In this document: positions 22,445 through 36,900 of the stretch, piece by piece
How the letters are laid out: every line of letters starts with the position of its first letter
Numbering within the stretch: the first letter of the stretch is position 1
DNA from: Azolla caroliniana
Taxonomy: Eukaryota > Plantae > Polypodiophyta
NCBI GenBank assembly: GCA_043228905.1
Contig: JBHGNT010000007.1
Span: 14,074,001-14,138,000, forward strand
Reading direction: 5' to 3'
DNA length: 64,000 nucleotides
Made by a program: the position numbers and the translations under genes
The notes under the pieces: model-generated
The model's input: only the letters and a program-made list of their open reading frames with translations
Databases searched by the model: none
What the model was told of the DNA's origin: nothing

Positions 22445-25048
22445 CTATGGCTTACTGACCCCGGCTTGTTCCCCCTCCGGTCCTTGCACCGGCGACGGTT
22501 CCTCATCACTAAGGTTGACCGTTGCCGCCTTTCGCGCTTTTTCTTCCCGAAGCCGGGACCGCTCATAGCTTTCGAAATGGATTTGAGCCTCCAGCCAATT
22601 GTCGTCTAGTTGAGCTACAAGTTGTTGGACCTGCACCAATTGTTCATCCGCCAGGGCTGTGAAATCTTCCGCCAGCTCATCCCTTATGGTGGTGAAGTCC
22701 TCTGACGTCAGCGTATAACAGTCGTCACCCTCCTTTCGCCGGTTTTCCACGTCCGCCCTAAGCAATTGGAGTTCCGCCGTATTCTGCGCCCATTTTGCCC
22801 ACCAACACACAGAGTTGTCATCAATCAAGTTTTTGGTCTTAGTGAGCCATGACCGGAGGATGCACTGGATCCGTTTGGCTCCCATCTGTGATTTATTTTC
22901 TGCAGCTTGTCGCTCTTCCTTCAATTGCTTGATGATCTGAACCGTGTCCGCCTCCTGCTCCCTATAATGCGACAATTGATTTTGATAGGTCGTTTGCAAC
23001 CGCTGTAGTACCATTGTCGCTCTTTCCTTGTCTTCATGGTTCTGTTTGTGGAGCTCCATCCGGTCATTCGCCGCTTCCTCCAATAGCCTGGAACTTTCCG
23101 CTCGTTCTTTGGCGAGTGCCATTGTGGCCCTATCAACTTCTTGCCGGAGCTTGGCCATCCGTTCCTGTTGTTGCTTATGCTCCATCTCCAGCTGCTTGTA
23201 GTCCCGATGCAAATGATCGAAATCATCGGTCTTCTGCTTCAGCCTTTGGTTGATCTGCTGGCGCGCGCGGTCCTCTCGGTCCTTCTGTTGCCGGAGCTCT
23301 TCCTTCAGCCTCTCGATTTCCGTTTCCGCCATCCATTGCAGTTTGTCTTTTTCCTGCAGCAATTTCTCCTTTTCCTCCTTTAGCCGGTCGTAAGCATGAT
23401 GTCCTTTACGCAGGTTTTCCTCTGCCCGGCGAAGGTTCTCAGCAGTCTTTCTTAATTCTTCTTCGGCCGCCTTCTTCAAGTCGCATTCGCGGCTCCGTAA
23501 TGCTTCTTGTGCGGCGAGCTCATCCCGTAATTCCGCAAGCTCTTGGGCTTGCGCCGCATCTTTCTCCGAGACAATTGTGTCTCCGGGGTCTTATTCTTCT
23601 GTACATCAACCGGAGTCACCGGTGCTTGGATCTGCGTTGCGGTTAAGGCCATTTTAGCCATATCTCCTGTGATCTGATCCAAGTCTTGTTCGAGGCACCG
23701 GATCCTTGACCGGGCCGTCTCCAATTCATCGGTTGTGACGAGCAACCGTTCCGTTTGCACTCTTTCCTCCGCCTCTATGCATCCGACTACTCCAGCAATT
23801 TGGTCTCCTATCCACTGGAGCCATTGGCTGCCGGTGCACTGTTGTTGCGCTTGCGCGGAGAGTTGGCTGATGGGTTCACTTGCCGGTGGCTGGTCCCGCC
23901 TTTCTATGTCGAGTTGCGCTTCTGGTTTTGCCAACTAACCACTTTGCCATTCCGGCTCTGAGTGTGTTTCGGCTAGTTGCCCCTTGTCTACTTGTTCTTG
24001 GCCAGCTAGGGCGTTTGGCCTTTGTATATCCGGCTCTTGGGTGACGGGGCTTGCCGGTGCTACCTGTTGTGTCGGGACTTCTGTGACCGGTTCCATCCGA
24101 ACCGGTTCCAGTGCCTCCCATGGCGTGGGTTGCTCAGCGTGAGTTGCGGCCGTTCCATCCTTCTGTGAGTCCGAACGCTTCCCCTGCTGATTCTGCTGTG
24201 CTCTTCACTGGCTGCCGCTGGAGATGCTCCGTGGGTTCTTCCTCCATTTCTTCCGCCTGTGTCCCGGCATTCATTCTTGCCGCCAAGGTGTCTGTTTCCT
24301 GTTGCACCGGTCGGTGGAGTGGGCTCTTCCGAGGCCGTGCCGGTGTTTCCTCACTTGTATCCGTCGGCCGCTTCCAGTTGGCGCGCTCCTTCACTGCCTT
24401 CTTTGCGTCGGCAGTCTTCCCCTTAGTGGCCTTGGAGGCCAACAGTTGTTGTCGTTTCAAAGCAGGTTTCGGGGTGCCGTCCGTTGCTCTTCCCCGCTTC
24501 TTGGTTTGGACGAGCTCGACCGGTGGCGCCAACAAGGTGAGCCATTGTGTCACCGCATGCCATATTTTTCGGCCTTCCTTGCCGTCCTTTCCTCTTACTA
24601 TATCAATGGTCGTCCACAGCTCGTCGATGATCAACACCGGCCAATCTACCTTGACCCCTTCGTACGTTGCGATGATCAAGCCTACTTGGTTCTGAGGCAT
24701 GACGGGGGATTGAGGGTACACGTGGCCGAACTCGTGGAGCACACAGGCAATTTCGTGGAATAGCATATCTTCGCCGCCATGTGTCCTGTAGCCCTTGCTG
24801 GCTAGAGAGTACTCACCGAAATATTTGATGAGTTGCTCGGAGGTAGGATTGTCGATCGTGTAGATACCTCCCTCCGGAAGCCCTATTAACACCCAGATCG
24901 CCTCCTCCGTGATCACCTCTGTGTCGATTTCTTTTATAATCTTTTCGGCCTCCTTGTGTGGCGCCGCCTCCATGATCGTTAAGAAACCCTCCAGACCGTG
25001 TTGCCGTAACCATTTCTTAGCGGCTTCAGACAGCGTTTGGCAGTCCAT
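22445..25048 (-). pseudogene. Extra sense ORF downstream of integrase in element A (conserved N-terminal domain, low-complexity linker, coiled coil, conserved C-terminal domain)
   Basis: ORF pieces 24134-25048, 23476-23934 and 22445-23479; homologues at 31923-33904, 2797-3663 and 766-1528. Confidence 0.8.
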
Positions 25049-25936
25049 ATCTGCGTCGAGGTCGAAGAGCGTTGGCGAGGTTTGATGGTGGGGAGAGTGT
25101 GAGAGAGAAAGTTCGCTCCTTTATTATTATTATTATTATTTATTTATTTTAACTTACTTGTGTGGTTAGTTTTTCTCCGGTCCTGTCGGACCTTTACCCG
25201 AAACGTGCAACTTGCCGGCCTCTAGACGGTTTGCCGTCGTTTTGCTCTCCTCGGTTGCCGGCTCATGCTCCTCCTTACTGGCTTGGTGGTAGCCGTCGGC
25301 TTCCCCAGTTGCCGTTATGGTTGGCCTGTCGGCGTCTGATTCGGTGGCGGCCTTTCGTTCAAATGGGTTCTTAGGCATAGGTCCTTTGTATGGTTTTAGT
25401 CTAAATCCGTTGACCCATTTGCCCAGCACTTCTCCGGCAAGTGTCCCTGTTACCGGCTGGCAAAGGAGCCCAGAGTGTGAAACGGAGGAGTTATTTAATT
25501 ATTAGGAATGGTTTTCAATAAGCTATTAGTGTGGACGGACGGACCAGAATCGGTATGCCGTTCCAGATCCGAACCGATCCCGAACAGGTGAGGATGGCAT
25601 TGTTTTGTACTACAGACCGGAAACCTATTTAAAGGCCCGGATACAATGTAATGAGCAGCGGATAATTAATGAAGCTTAGTGTTTTTTTATCTCTCTGTGT
25701 CAATTGCCGTTCTGCATTCATTGTCATATCTTACGCGTGTGATTATTAAGGACGATCTTGCTAAGTAACCTAATTAAGTTGGATTAATCGTTGAGCCTAA
25801 TCCTCTTGCCGTAACACCCCTTTGGTGAAGTGTCTTCCATAGACACCCCGTGTTAGGCCATTGTCCGGTCCTAAGAGTTAACACAATTTTTGGCGACCAC
25901 GATTCCTGTTATTGCAGCGAACGACGACATGAATGG

Positions 25937-28900
25937 ATGACTAGATCAACGCACGACCTGGTTACAAATCGAACTCGACGCCTTGCCGAAAGGCAAAGGA
26001 GACGTGAGGCTTTCCAGCAAGCGGCATAGGATATTAGAGCGAATCGCTCGTTTTCCAACGTAATCTGGAGAGTAGCGGAGGAGTCCCTCTGGTTACAGCA
26101 AACATCGCACCCGGACGACAGCAACAGCCTAAGCAGCCTCCGGGAAACCGAATCCCTTCTCCAGGCGTTGGCAAGCGGAGAAGGCGAAGCAGAAGCCTTT
26201 TCAGCGTATGAATCGGCTTCCGAAGGGGAATACAACATGCACACAAACTACTGTAGCAGCAACGAAACCCCAGGCGGACCGGAGGACGAAGGATCGGACA
26301 CCTTATCGACACCGGAACCGGAAGTGCTAAGGCTGGAACCTCCGAAACCAGCAGAGGAAGAGCGACCTCCGACACCGGAAGTCGAGGAGGAGAGGCCTCC
26401 GTCACCAAAAGAAGAGGAAAGACCACCGACGCCGGAGAAAAACCAGGAATGACCACCAACACCGCCAGTGCACCGATATCGGACGACGACATGCCGTTCT
26501 AGTACTCCAAGTATAGAGATGATCCGGACGCGGAAGCTCATGTTCACGCCTTTGAACAGACATGGGAAGCAAACCATGTGTCCCCGCGATTCACCCCAGA
26601 GGAAGAGGAACACTCTAAGATAGCGGAATTTGGCGTCACATTGGAGGAACCGGCAGCAAGATGGCGTCGAACGCAGGACCCGTCTACCATCACCACCTTC
26701 GTAGATTTAAAAGCTAAATTCTTGCATTTTTTACACAAGGAGGTGGACCAGACAATAATGGTGGGCTTATTTTATACCATCCAACAGGAGGCAGGGGAGA
26801 GCATTCCCTAGTTTGTCATCCGATTTCAACGGATGCATAGTCAGCTTGCCCGCGCACCCCCGAAGGAGGAATTACGGACTATATTCCTAAATGCGCTCCG
26901 GGAACCCCTACGCACGGTTTGCACGGTAATTGACTTCCGCGCAAGTACCATCGACCAGGTCATTGACCAGGTGAGAGAGATGGAAAAGACAAGCTCCTGG
27001 CTCACACTGGGAGCACTCCAACGGGCGTTACCGTCCAATGAAGACCTCCGGTTTCGGCAAGCAATACAATGCACAACCTGCTTGAATTCCGGACACTCGG
27101 CACTAGAATGCACTATGAGGACGCAATGTGTAATCTGTCAATCCAAGGGCCATATGACGGATAGGTGCGAGTATAATCTATTGAACCGGCAAGCACCGCC
27201 CGTCCGACAAATAGAGCCACGCAACAGCCGAGATGAAGAAGAGGAACGTTGGCGGCGAATGGACCGCGACCGACCAGCACAGGATGTCCGGTATGGCGAT
27301 CGACGGGAGAATGATGTCCGGTACAGTGATCGGCGGGATAATTGTGACCGGTATGATAGATATGATCGGTACCAGGATTACAATAGACTACGAACATTAC
27401 GACCGGGAGCACTCCCCTGGGTATCGTCAGCAACGGGAGGAATACGGCAAATATAACGACCAACCTCGTCAAGAGTACCGCAATAAGAAGAACTATAACT
27501 AAAAACGGCATTTCAAAAAAGGCAGCTACCCACGGGATCCGGAACAAGGAGCTTCAAGCAGCCAACCGGCCCAAAACCCCACGCTTACCACGGGACCTGC
27601 CTCGGGTACAACAGACAATGCTGAATCCAGCAATACCTGGAAAGCCTACTGCTACTACTGCCGACAGGAAGGCCATTATAGTAATCAATGCCCGGCGAAG
27701 ACCTATGACAAACGACCGGCAGTAAATATGGTAGTCCTTGAAGTGGCAAATCTGCAGCAGGTGACCACAAGGTCAAAGGGCATGGCCAAGGAATGGGAGA
27801 CGCAGGAGACCATCCGGAAGCAAGCGACGGAATGGGTGAGGAAAGCAAACGAGCAAAACGTAATAGAATTAGAGCGGCAAAAGGAGAAGACCGTAGGGCT
27901 TGCCGGCGGCAATCACTCCGAGAACGAGACATGGCAGGCGTTGCAGGAATGCCAGATTACGCTGCCACTAGGAAGACTCCTACAGCTCGTGCCGAGATTC
28001 ACGGAAGGACTGAAGACAGCCATGACGGAAGGAGAATCATCACCGACACCGGTACTCTTCTCGAATCCGGAGGAGGGACCAACGGTGGTGGACACCAACA
28101 GTCCGGTAATTACTGCCATTGTAAAAGGGAAAGAATTCCCCGGCACAGTAATAGACGGAGGCTCCAGTGTGAATGTAATAAGCCTCCGGACGTGTGATGC
28201 CCTCAGAATCCACGAGTGGGAGCCGTGTCCATTCTGGTTACGGATGGCCGATACAAGCTCAGTGCGGCTGACAGGATTAATACGGAAATTAGAAGTCACC
28301 ATTGGCGGTCATACATTTCACATCTCGGCAGTAGTGCTACAATTACAGGCACAAGGCGCGTACCCGCTATTGTTAGGGCAGCCGTGGTTGAAAACGGCAC
28401 ATATCAAACAGAATTGGAGGAAAAATATAATTACCTTCCGGCGAGGAAAAGCCAAGGTACGAGTACCAACACAGCCAAGGACGAGCACTGGCAAGGAATG
28501 TACACCGTTGTATGCAGAGTGCATCAACATGCTAGAAGGGTTAGCTGACGAAGAAGAAGCTCAGTACTTGCAGGAAAACCCGAAGATCGTACCCCTCTTC
28601 GAAATTGACATTGCCGAAGCAGTAGCACCATACTTACCGCAGCCGGAAGAGACTGAAGCAGAATCGGATAAAGACGCAATCCGAGAGTTACGGCAAGCGC
28701 AAGAAGCGTTGGAACGGGAAATGGTCGTTTCACAGCGCGTAAAAGCGTCGCAACTTGAAGAGGTGAACCTAGGGACCACGAACGAAGCAAAACCGGTGCA
28801 CATCGCCAACGAGATGAAGTCCGAAGACAAAACGGCGATGATCACACTTCTCACGGAATTTCGCGACGTGTTCGCCTTGTCATACGAAGACATGCGAGGG

Positions 28901-31557
28901 CTCGACCCTCAGTTATACCAGCATCAGATTCACTTGAGCAAGGACGCAAAACCAGTGGCACAAAGAAGGTACCGGATGAATCCCAATTATGCCGCCAAAG
29001 TCAAGGAGGAAATCGACAAACTGCTAAGAGTTGGCTTTATCCGTCCGGTAAAGAAAGCGACATGGCTGAGCCTGATCGTAGTCGTACCGAAGAAGAACGG
29101 AAAAATTCGAGTTTGTGTGGACTACCGGAAACTCAATGCGGCAACGGTAACGGATGCGTTTCCACTTCCGTTCACAGATGGAGTGTTGGATGCCATCGCC
29201 GGCCATGAGGTCTATAGCTTTCTAGACGGATTCAGCGGGTATAATCAGATCCGGATGCACCTCGACGACCAAGACACAACGGCTTTCGTCACCGAATGGG
29301 GGGTGTTTGTGGTCGTGGTGATGATGTTCGGACTCAAAACCGCACCGGCAACATTTCAACGAATCATCATGGAAATCTTTGGTCAATATATCCCGGCTTT
29401 TATGCAGGTTTTCCTTTACGATTTCGCCGTCTATAGCCGGGAGGAGGACCATTTTAAGCACCGGCAACGGCAACGGCAAAGGCATTGAGCCGGTTCTTAG
29501 GCCAGATCCGGTGGCACAGTCGGATGCTCTGATACTTGGCCGACCTGGCTACACCGTTGCATGCCGCCGTACATCGGACACCATTCCAGTGGACGGACAC
29601 CGAGGATAGGGCGTATAGGGCCCTCAAGGTACTATTGTCGCAAGCACCGGTAGTGCAGCCTCCGGATTGGAGTAAAGAATTTCATGTGTTCGTGGACGCC
29701 TTCGACATCGCAATCGGAAGCGTACTGATGCAGCTTACGGAGCCAAAGTGGTACCGGCCAGTGTACTATGCCAGCCGAAAGCTATCCCAAGCGGAACGGA
29801 ACTACTCTACCACGGAACGGGAAGCTCTAGGGATGATCTACAGTGTCACAAAGTTTCAGCATTATTTATTGGGAAGGAAGTTTTCCTTCCATGTAGATCA
29901 TTCGGCACTCCTCTACCTGGTGTCCAAGGCGTCACTCACCGGTAAGTTGGCCCGGTGGACCTTAATGTTACAGGAATTCGAGTTCGAAATATTCCACCGA
30001 CCCGGTATACAGCATGCCGTAGCGGATTATTTAAGCCGATTAGAGTTCGGAGAGACGGGCGACGGAGTAGCGGACGAGTTTCCGAATGCAGAGTTGTTTC
30101 GAGTCACTACGGAAACAGCAACAGATGAGACGGTGGCACAGGAAGACAAGTGGCTGACAAATATGCACCAGTTTCTGAGCACAGGACTGCCTCCGGTAGA
30201 GATGAACCAGGACGAAAGGAAACGCCTGGCGGTGCAAAGCCGACATTTCTGCTTACTGCGAGACACACTTTACCACAAGGGCGCGGACGGCATATGGAGA
30301 CGGGTTGTGCGCAGCAATGAAAAGGACCTCATACTGAGGGAAGCCCACTGCGGAGTTGCCGGAGGTCACTATGCCGGACATGCGACGGCCAGGAAAATAT
30401 GGCAAAGTGGCCTATGGTGGCCAACTACTTTAAGAGATGTTGTACGGTACACAAAAGAATGTGACCTATGCCAGCCAATGGGCCAGCCAACGGAGCAGGC
30501 TCGGATGCCACACCAGCCTGTACTACCACTCGAACCATTCCAGAAGTGGGGGCTGGACTTTGTTGGACCGTTCAAACCACTGGCAATGAGAACAGGTAAT
30601 CGGTACGTCATCGTCGCAACGGATTACTGCACGAAATGGGTGGACGCCAAAGCCTTAAGAGACAACACCGTTGCGTCAACGGCAAAATTTCTATACGAAT
30701 ACATCTAGTGCCGTTACGAATGCCCAATTGAATTAATAAGCGAACAAGGGGGGCACTTTCTCGGCCAAGTAGTTGAAAGCCTGATGACATTCTATGCTAT
30801 TGTCCATAAATGGAGCACACCATACTATCCGCAAGCAAACGGGTTAGCTGAATCGACAAACAAAACGCTCCAGAATATCCTCCGGAAGATCGTCAAGGAA
30901 AACCGAACGGATTGGGATACCAAGCTACATAGCGCGCTTTGGGCATACCGGACAGCATATAAAACGAGCATCCGAACAACACCGTTCCGGTTAGCGTTCG
31001 GACTAGAGGCGGTAATGCCGGTGGAATTCCAAGTACCCAGCTTACGGATCCAACTACGGGAACGGCTGAACGAGAAGGAGTCGGAGGCAATACGGTTAAC
31101 AACGTTGTGTGAACTCGAGGAACAACGACTGGCAAGCATCCTGCACTTAGAATTGGAACAACGTTGACGGAAAGCATTTGTCGACCGGCACAGGAAAGGA
31201 AATGAAAAAATGTTCGCAATCGGCAAGCCGGTGTTAGTATTTCAAAACCGGATGGGCAAGATGTCGGGTAAACTACGGTTTAGATGGACCAGCCCGTATT
31301 GGCTGACACGTGAGTATAATGGGTCCTACCAGTTAGGGACACTTGCCGGCAAAGTGCTAGGCAAATGGGTCAACGGATTCCGATTGAAGCCATATAGAGG
31401 ACCGATGCCCAAGAATCCATTTGAGCAAAGGACCGACACCAGTGCCGAAATGGCAACCTATGAGGGAAACGGCAACCACCAAGACGGCAGAGACGGCGAG
31501 CCGGTAACTGGGGAGAATGAGGCCGGTAAGGGTTTGATAGGACCAACGGACAAGTAA
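25937..31557 (+). pseudogene. gag-pol of element B (GAG-PR-RT-RH-INT), several stops and an internal RT deletion near 29460
   Basis: Three CCHC knuckles; VIDGGS; FLDGFSGYNQI; MFGLKTAPATFQR; [19 protein letters not shown]; HHCC zinc finger; WGLDFVGP; PQANGLAESTNK; no chromodomain or extra archaeal-type RH seen. Confidence 0.9.
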
Positions 31558-31922
31558 CCTCACACTACATTTAAAATAAATAAAAAGCGAAGTAATCATG
31601 CAAAAGCGAGGTATGAATGGACGAGAGAGCGAGGAGCGAAAAGGTACGTAGTGGGCATTTAAGCACCACCACAGGACATAATGCTATTTTAGTACACAAC
31701 ATGCACACACTCGAAAAAGGCACCAGAATGCACAGAGAAAAACCATTGCGCGTGGAGACCCTCTACTTTCGCGAACCCAGGAGCACAGAAGCACCAAGGC
31801 GCTGGAAGATTATCAGACGAGAACCTACGCACAGAGAACCCCCGCTTTCGGAACTCTCTCTCTCTCAATCTCACTCTCATCACCATCCAACCTTGCCACC
31901 ACAATCCGACCTCGACACAGAC

Positions 31923-33904
31923 ATGGACCCGCAAACGTTGTCGGAAGCCGCCAAGAAATGGCTAAAGCAACACGGGCTCGAGGGCTTCTTGACGATTATG
32001 GAGGTACCGCCACACAAAGAAGCCGACAAGGTGATCAAAGAAATCGACACAGAGGTCATAACGGCGGAGGCTATCCGTGCGTTAACAGGCCTTCCGGAGG
32101 GAGGCATACTCACGATTGACAATCCGACCTCGGAGCAACTCATCAAGTATTTTGGTGAGTACTCCCAAGCCAGCAAGGGCTACCGGACACAGGGCGGCGG
32201 AGATATGTTGTTCCGCGTGGTTGCCCGTGTGCTCCACGAATACGGCCATGTGTACCCTAGACCCCCTGTCATGCCGCAGAACCAGGTAGGGATGATCATC
32301 GCCACCTATGAAGGGATCAAGGTGGATTGGCCGGTATTGATCGCAGACGGTTTATGTGCGGCGATCGAGATCGTCAGAGGAAAAGACGGCAAAGAAGGCC
32401 GAGACGGACGGAGGATATGGCACACAGTAACGCAGTGGCTCACCTTGCTTGTGCCACCCGTCCAGCCCGTCCAGCCCAAGAAGTGGGGAAGAGTGGCGGA
32501 CGGCACCCCAAAGACTGCTTCCAAAAGACAACAATTGTTGGCCTCTAAGGCCACTAAGGGGAAGGCGGCGAACGCAGAACAGGCGGGAAAGGAGAGCGCC
32601 AGCCGGAAGCAGCGAATGGATGCACAGGAGGAACCACCGGTACGGGCCGTAAAGGTTACACTCCGCCGACCGGTGAATAGAGAAGCGGACCCCTTGGCGG
32701 CAAAACTCAATGTCGGGACTTAGGAAGAGAAAATAGAGGAGGAGCCTACAAAGCACCTCCAGTGACTGTCGTCGGCAAGGACCGTTGAGGCAGCCGAGAA
32801 ACTTTCGGACCCTCAGATGGAGGGAACACCGACTCCCCATACTGAGACTCCCACGCCAAGGGAGGAACCGGAACCGGTGCACATGGCACCGGAATCAGAA
32901 GCCCCTGCACCACCGGCACCACCGGCAAGTCCCATTCCGCCAGAGCCGGAAAGGTCAATGCAGCCTCCCTCGGCAAACCAAGAAGAAGCGCAAGGGGAAC
33001 CAGGACAGCAGGGTGGTCCACGGGCGGAAACGGAATTGCAACTCGGCGCAATTAGGCGGGACCACCCACCTACAAGAGAGCCATCCGTCAAACCTCCGTG
33101 CAAGCGCAACAACAATGCACCGGTAGCCTGTGGCTCCGGTGGATAGGCGAACAGATTGCCGGAGCAGTGGGGTATATTGAGGCGGAAGAAAGAATGCAAA
33201 GCAAATGGTTGCTCGTCACAACCGAACAACTAGAGACGGCCCGGTCCAGAATCCGGTGCCTTGAAAAAGACTTGGATCAGGTCACAGCAGAAATGGCCAA
33301 AATGGCCTTAACAGCAACACAGATCCAATCACCGGTGACTCCGGTAAGTGTACAGAATAAAGAACCAGACCAACCTGTACATACTAATAAGACCCCGGCA
33401 ACGGAAACCGTCACAAAGAGAGATGCAGCGCAAGCCCAGGAGCTTGCGGAATTGAGAGATGAACTTGCCGCACAAGAAGCGCTAAGGAGCCATGAACAGG
33501 AATTGAAGACAGCGACCGAAGCAGAATTAAAGAAGACTGCTGATAACCTCCTCCGGGTAGAGGAGAGCCTTCGGAAAGGCCATCAAGCATACGACCGGCT
33601 AAGGGAGGAAAAAGACAAAGTGCTGCAGGAAAAGGAAAAGCTGCGGAAGACGGCAAAAACGGAAATTGAATGGCTAAAGGAGGAGTTCCGCCAATAGAAG
33701 GACTGCGAGGACCGGGCCCGTCGACAGATCAACATACGGCTCAAGCAAAAGACAGATGATTTTGAGCACCTGCACTGGGACTACAAACGGCTGGAAACGG
33801 AGCATAAGGAACGGATGGTCGAGCTCCAGTAGGAAGTTGATCAGGCTGCGATGGCGCTCGCCGACGAACGAGCGGAAAATACAAGACGGTTGGACGAGGC
33901 GGTT
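31923..33904 (+). pseudogene. Extra 3' ORF of element B (truncated)
   Basis: MDPQTLSEAAKKWLKQHGLEGFL...IKVDWPVLIADGL aligns with 24134-25048; coiled coil 33098-33697 aligns with 23476-23934 and 22445-23479. Confidence 0.8.
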
Positions 33905-36900
33905 GAAAGCCGTTTTCTCTTGATCCTCAGGGTGCATCTGGATCTGATTATACTCGCTGAATCCATCTAAGAAATTGTAGACTTCATGGCCGGCGACGGC
34001 ATCCAAAACTCCATCCGTAAACGGAAGTGGAAATGCATTTGTTACCATTGCCGCATTGAGCTTCCGGTAGTCGACACAAACCCTAATTTTGCCGTTCTTT
34101 TTCGGTATGACTACGATCGGGCTCAGCCATGTAGATTTCTTTACGGGACGGATGAAGCCGACCTTCAATAATTTGTCGATCTCCTACTAGACTTTGGCGG
34201 CGTAGTTTGGGTTCATCCGGTACCGACATTGTGCTACCGGCTTGGCGTCTTTGCTCAGATGTATCTGGTGCTGATACAACTGAGGATCCAGGCCTCTCAT
34301 ATCCTCGTACGACCAGGCAAAGACGTCGCGAAACTCCTTGAGGAGTGTAATTATCGCCGTTTTGTTCTCTGCATTCATTTCTTTGGTGATGTGCACCGGT
34401 TTTGCCTCCTCCATCGTTCCTAGGTTTACCTCTTCTAATTGGGACGCTTTTACGCGTTGAGATACGGCCATTTCCCTTTCCAACGCCTCCTGAGCATGCC
34501 GTAACTCCCGGATTGCTTCTTTATCCGGTTCCGCTTCGGTTCCGTCCAATTGCAGTAAGTAGGGTGATACCGCTTCGGCGACGTCAATTTCGAATAGGGG
34601 CACAATCTTCGGGTTTTCCAGCAAGTACTGCTCTTCTTCTTCGTCTGCTAATCCTTCCAACATATTGCCACACTCCGCATATAACGGTGTCAGATCCTTG
34701 CCGGTGCCCTTCCTTGGTTGTGTTGGTACCCTTACCTTAGCTTTTCCCCGCCGGAACGTAATCATATTCCTCCTCCAGTTCTGCTTGATATGTGCCGTCT
34801 TTAACCAAGGGCGTCCCAACAATAATGGGTACGCTCCTTGAGCCTGCAATTGGAGAACTACAGCTGAGATTCGGAATGTGTGGCCCCCGATGGTTACTTC
34901 CAAGTTCCGTATTAATCCTGTCGGTCGCACCGAGCTTGTGTCCGCCATTCGGAGCCAGAACAGACATGGCTCCCACTCTTGGATTCCAAGAGCATCGCAC
35001 GTCCGAAGGCTGATTACATTAACGTCAGAGCCTCCATCTATTATCGTGCCAGGGAGTTCTTTCCCTTTCACAATGGCCGTAATTGCCGGACTGTTGGTGT
35101 CCACTACGGCCGGTCCTTCCTCCGGATTTGAGAAGAATGTCGGAGCCGGTGGTGTGCCGCCTGTCATCATGCCGGGCTTGAGTCCTTCTGTGAATCTTGG
35201 TACTAGCTGTAAGAGTCTTCCTAACGGCAGTGTGATCTGGCATTCCTGTAATGCCTGCCATGTCGCATTTTCGGACTGACTACCGCCAGCGAGCTCCTCG
35301 GTGTTCTCCTTTTGCTGCGCGAGTTCTGCTACGTTTCGCTCGTTTGCCTTTTTCACCCATTCCGTCGTCACCTGTTTCCAGATGGCCTCTTGTGACTCCC
35401 ATTCCGTCATCTTGCCCTTCGACCTTGTGGTGACCTGCTGGAGGTCTACGACTTCAGCGACTACCATGTTTATTGCCGGTCATTTATCATAGCTCTTTGC
35501 CGGACATTGATTACTATAATGTCCTTCTTGCCGGCAATAATAGCAATATACTTTCCGGGTGTTGCTGGATTCAGCATTGTTTCCTGTAGCCAATGGAGGA
35601 CTTGTGGTAACCGCGGGGCTCTGGTCCGGTTGGCTGCTTGAGGCGCCTTTTTCCGGTTCACGTGGGTGGCTCCCGTTTTTGAAATGCCGTTTTTTATTAA
35701 AGTTCTTTTTGTTGCGGTACCCTTGCCGGGCTTGGTCGTCATACCTCCCGTAATCTTCCCGTCATTGGTGATACCCGGGGGAGTGATCCCGGTTGTGATG
35801 CTCGTACCGTCCATTGTAATCTCGGTACTTGTCGTATCTCTTGTACCGGTCATAGTTGTCTCACCGATTGTCTTACCGACATCTTATGTTGGTCGATATC
35901 GCTCCTCTCATCGCCAGCGTTCGTCTTCTTCATCTCGGTTGCTACGTGGCTCGATTTGCCGGACCGGTGGGGCTTGCTGATTCAATAAGTTATATTCGCA
36001 CCGGTCCATCGTGTGGCTCGTAGATTGGCAGAGTAAGCAGTGCGTCCACATCGTGCACTCCAGTGACGAGTGTCCGGAATTCAAGCAGGTCGTGCATTGG
36101 ATTGTTTGCCGGAAACGAAGATCCTCATCGGTTGGTAATGCTCGTTGGAGGGCTCCCATTGTTAGCCAAGAGTTCGTTGAAGATCCTCGTCGATGACCTG
36201 GTCGACAGTGCTTGTGCGAAAATCGATGACCGTGCATACCGTTCGTAGAGGTTCCCGGAGCGCGGCTAAAAATATAGCCCATGTTTCCTCCTCCGGAGGT
36301 GCGCGGGTAAGCTGACTATGCATCTGTTGAAATCGGATGACAAACTGTGGGATGCTCTCCCCGGGGTCCTGCCAAATTGTATAAAATAAGCCAACCATTT
36401 CTCACTGATCCACCTCCTTCTGGAAGAAGTGCAAGAATTTGTCTTTCAGGTCCGCAAAGGTGGTGATGGTGCTGCGATCTTGCGTCTGGTGCCACCCGGC
36501 GGCCAGTCCTTCTAATGTCACGCCGAATTCGGCTATCTTAGATCGTTCCTCTTCTGTCGCGGTTAACCATTGTGACACATGGTTCACTTCCCATGTTTGT
36601 TCAAACGCGTGAACATGAGCCTCCGCGTCCGGGTCATCCCGATACTTGGAGTACTGGAATGGCATGTCGTCGTCTGGTGTCGGTACACGGGTTGGCGGTG
36701 TCGGTGGTCTTCCCTGCTATTTCATTGGTGTCTGAGATCTTTGCCGGTCTTCCTTTGGTGTTGCCGGCTCGACTTCCGGTGTTGGAGGTTTTTGCCGGTG
36801 CACTTCCGTCTCCGGAGGTTGCTCCACAATGAGTGCCGAAGGTTCCTGGTCTGCCAACTCTGGTTCCGGTGTCGGTAAGGTATCCAACTCCTCGTCCTCC

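Larger units (their letters stand above)
25448..33904 (+). mobile_element. Athila-like gypsy element B nested antisense in A; 5' LTR 25448-25883; truncated at about 33904
   Basis: TGTTACC...TTAACA, 7-nt spacer, PBS TGGCGACCAC 25891-25900; LTR related to but distinct from that of A. Confidence 0.92.

Noticed and set aside
24111-24763. Antisense ORFs over the gypsy extra ORF (also 2767-3270, 32306-32882)
   Set aside because: Shadow frames of GC-rich coding sequence with no motifs and no conservation between copies.
29455-29488. RQRQRQRH tail as a novel RT C-terminus
   Set aside because: It is a (CGGCAA)3 filler at an internal RT deletion, not a conserved feature.
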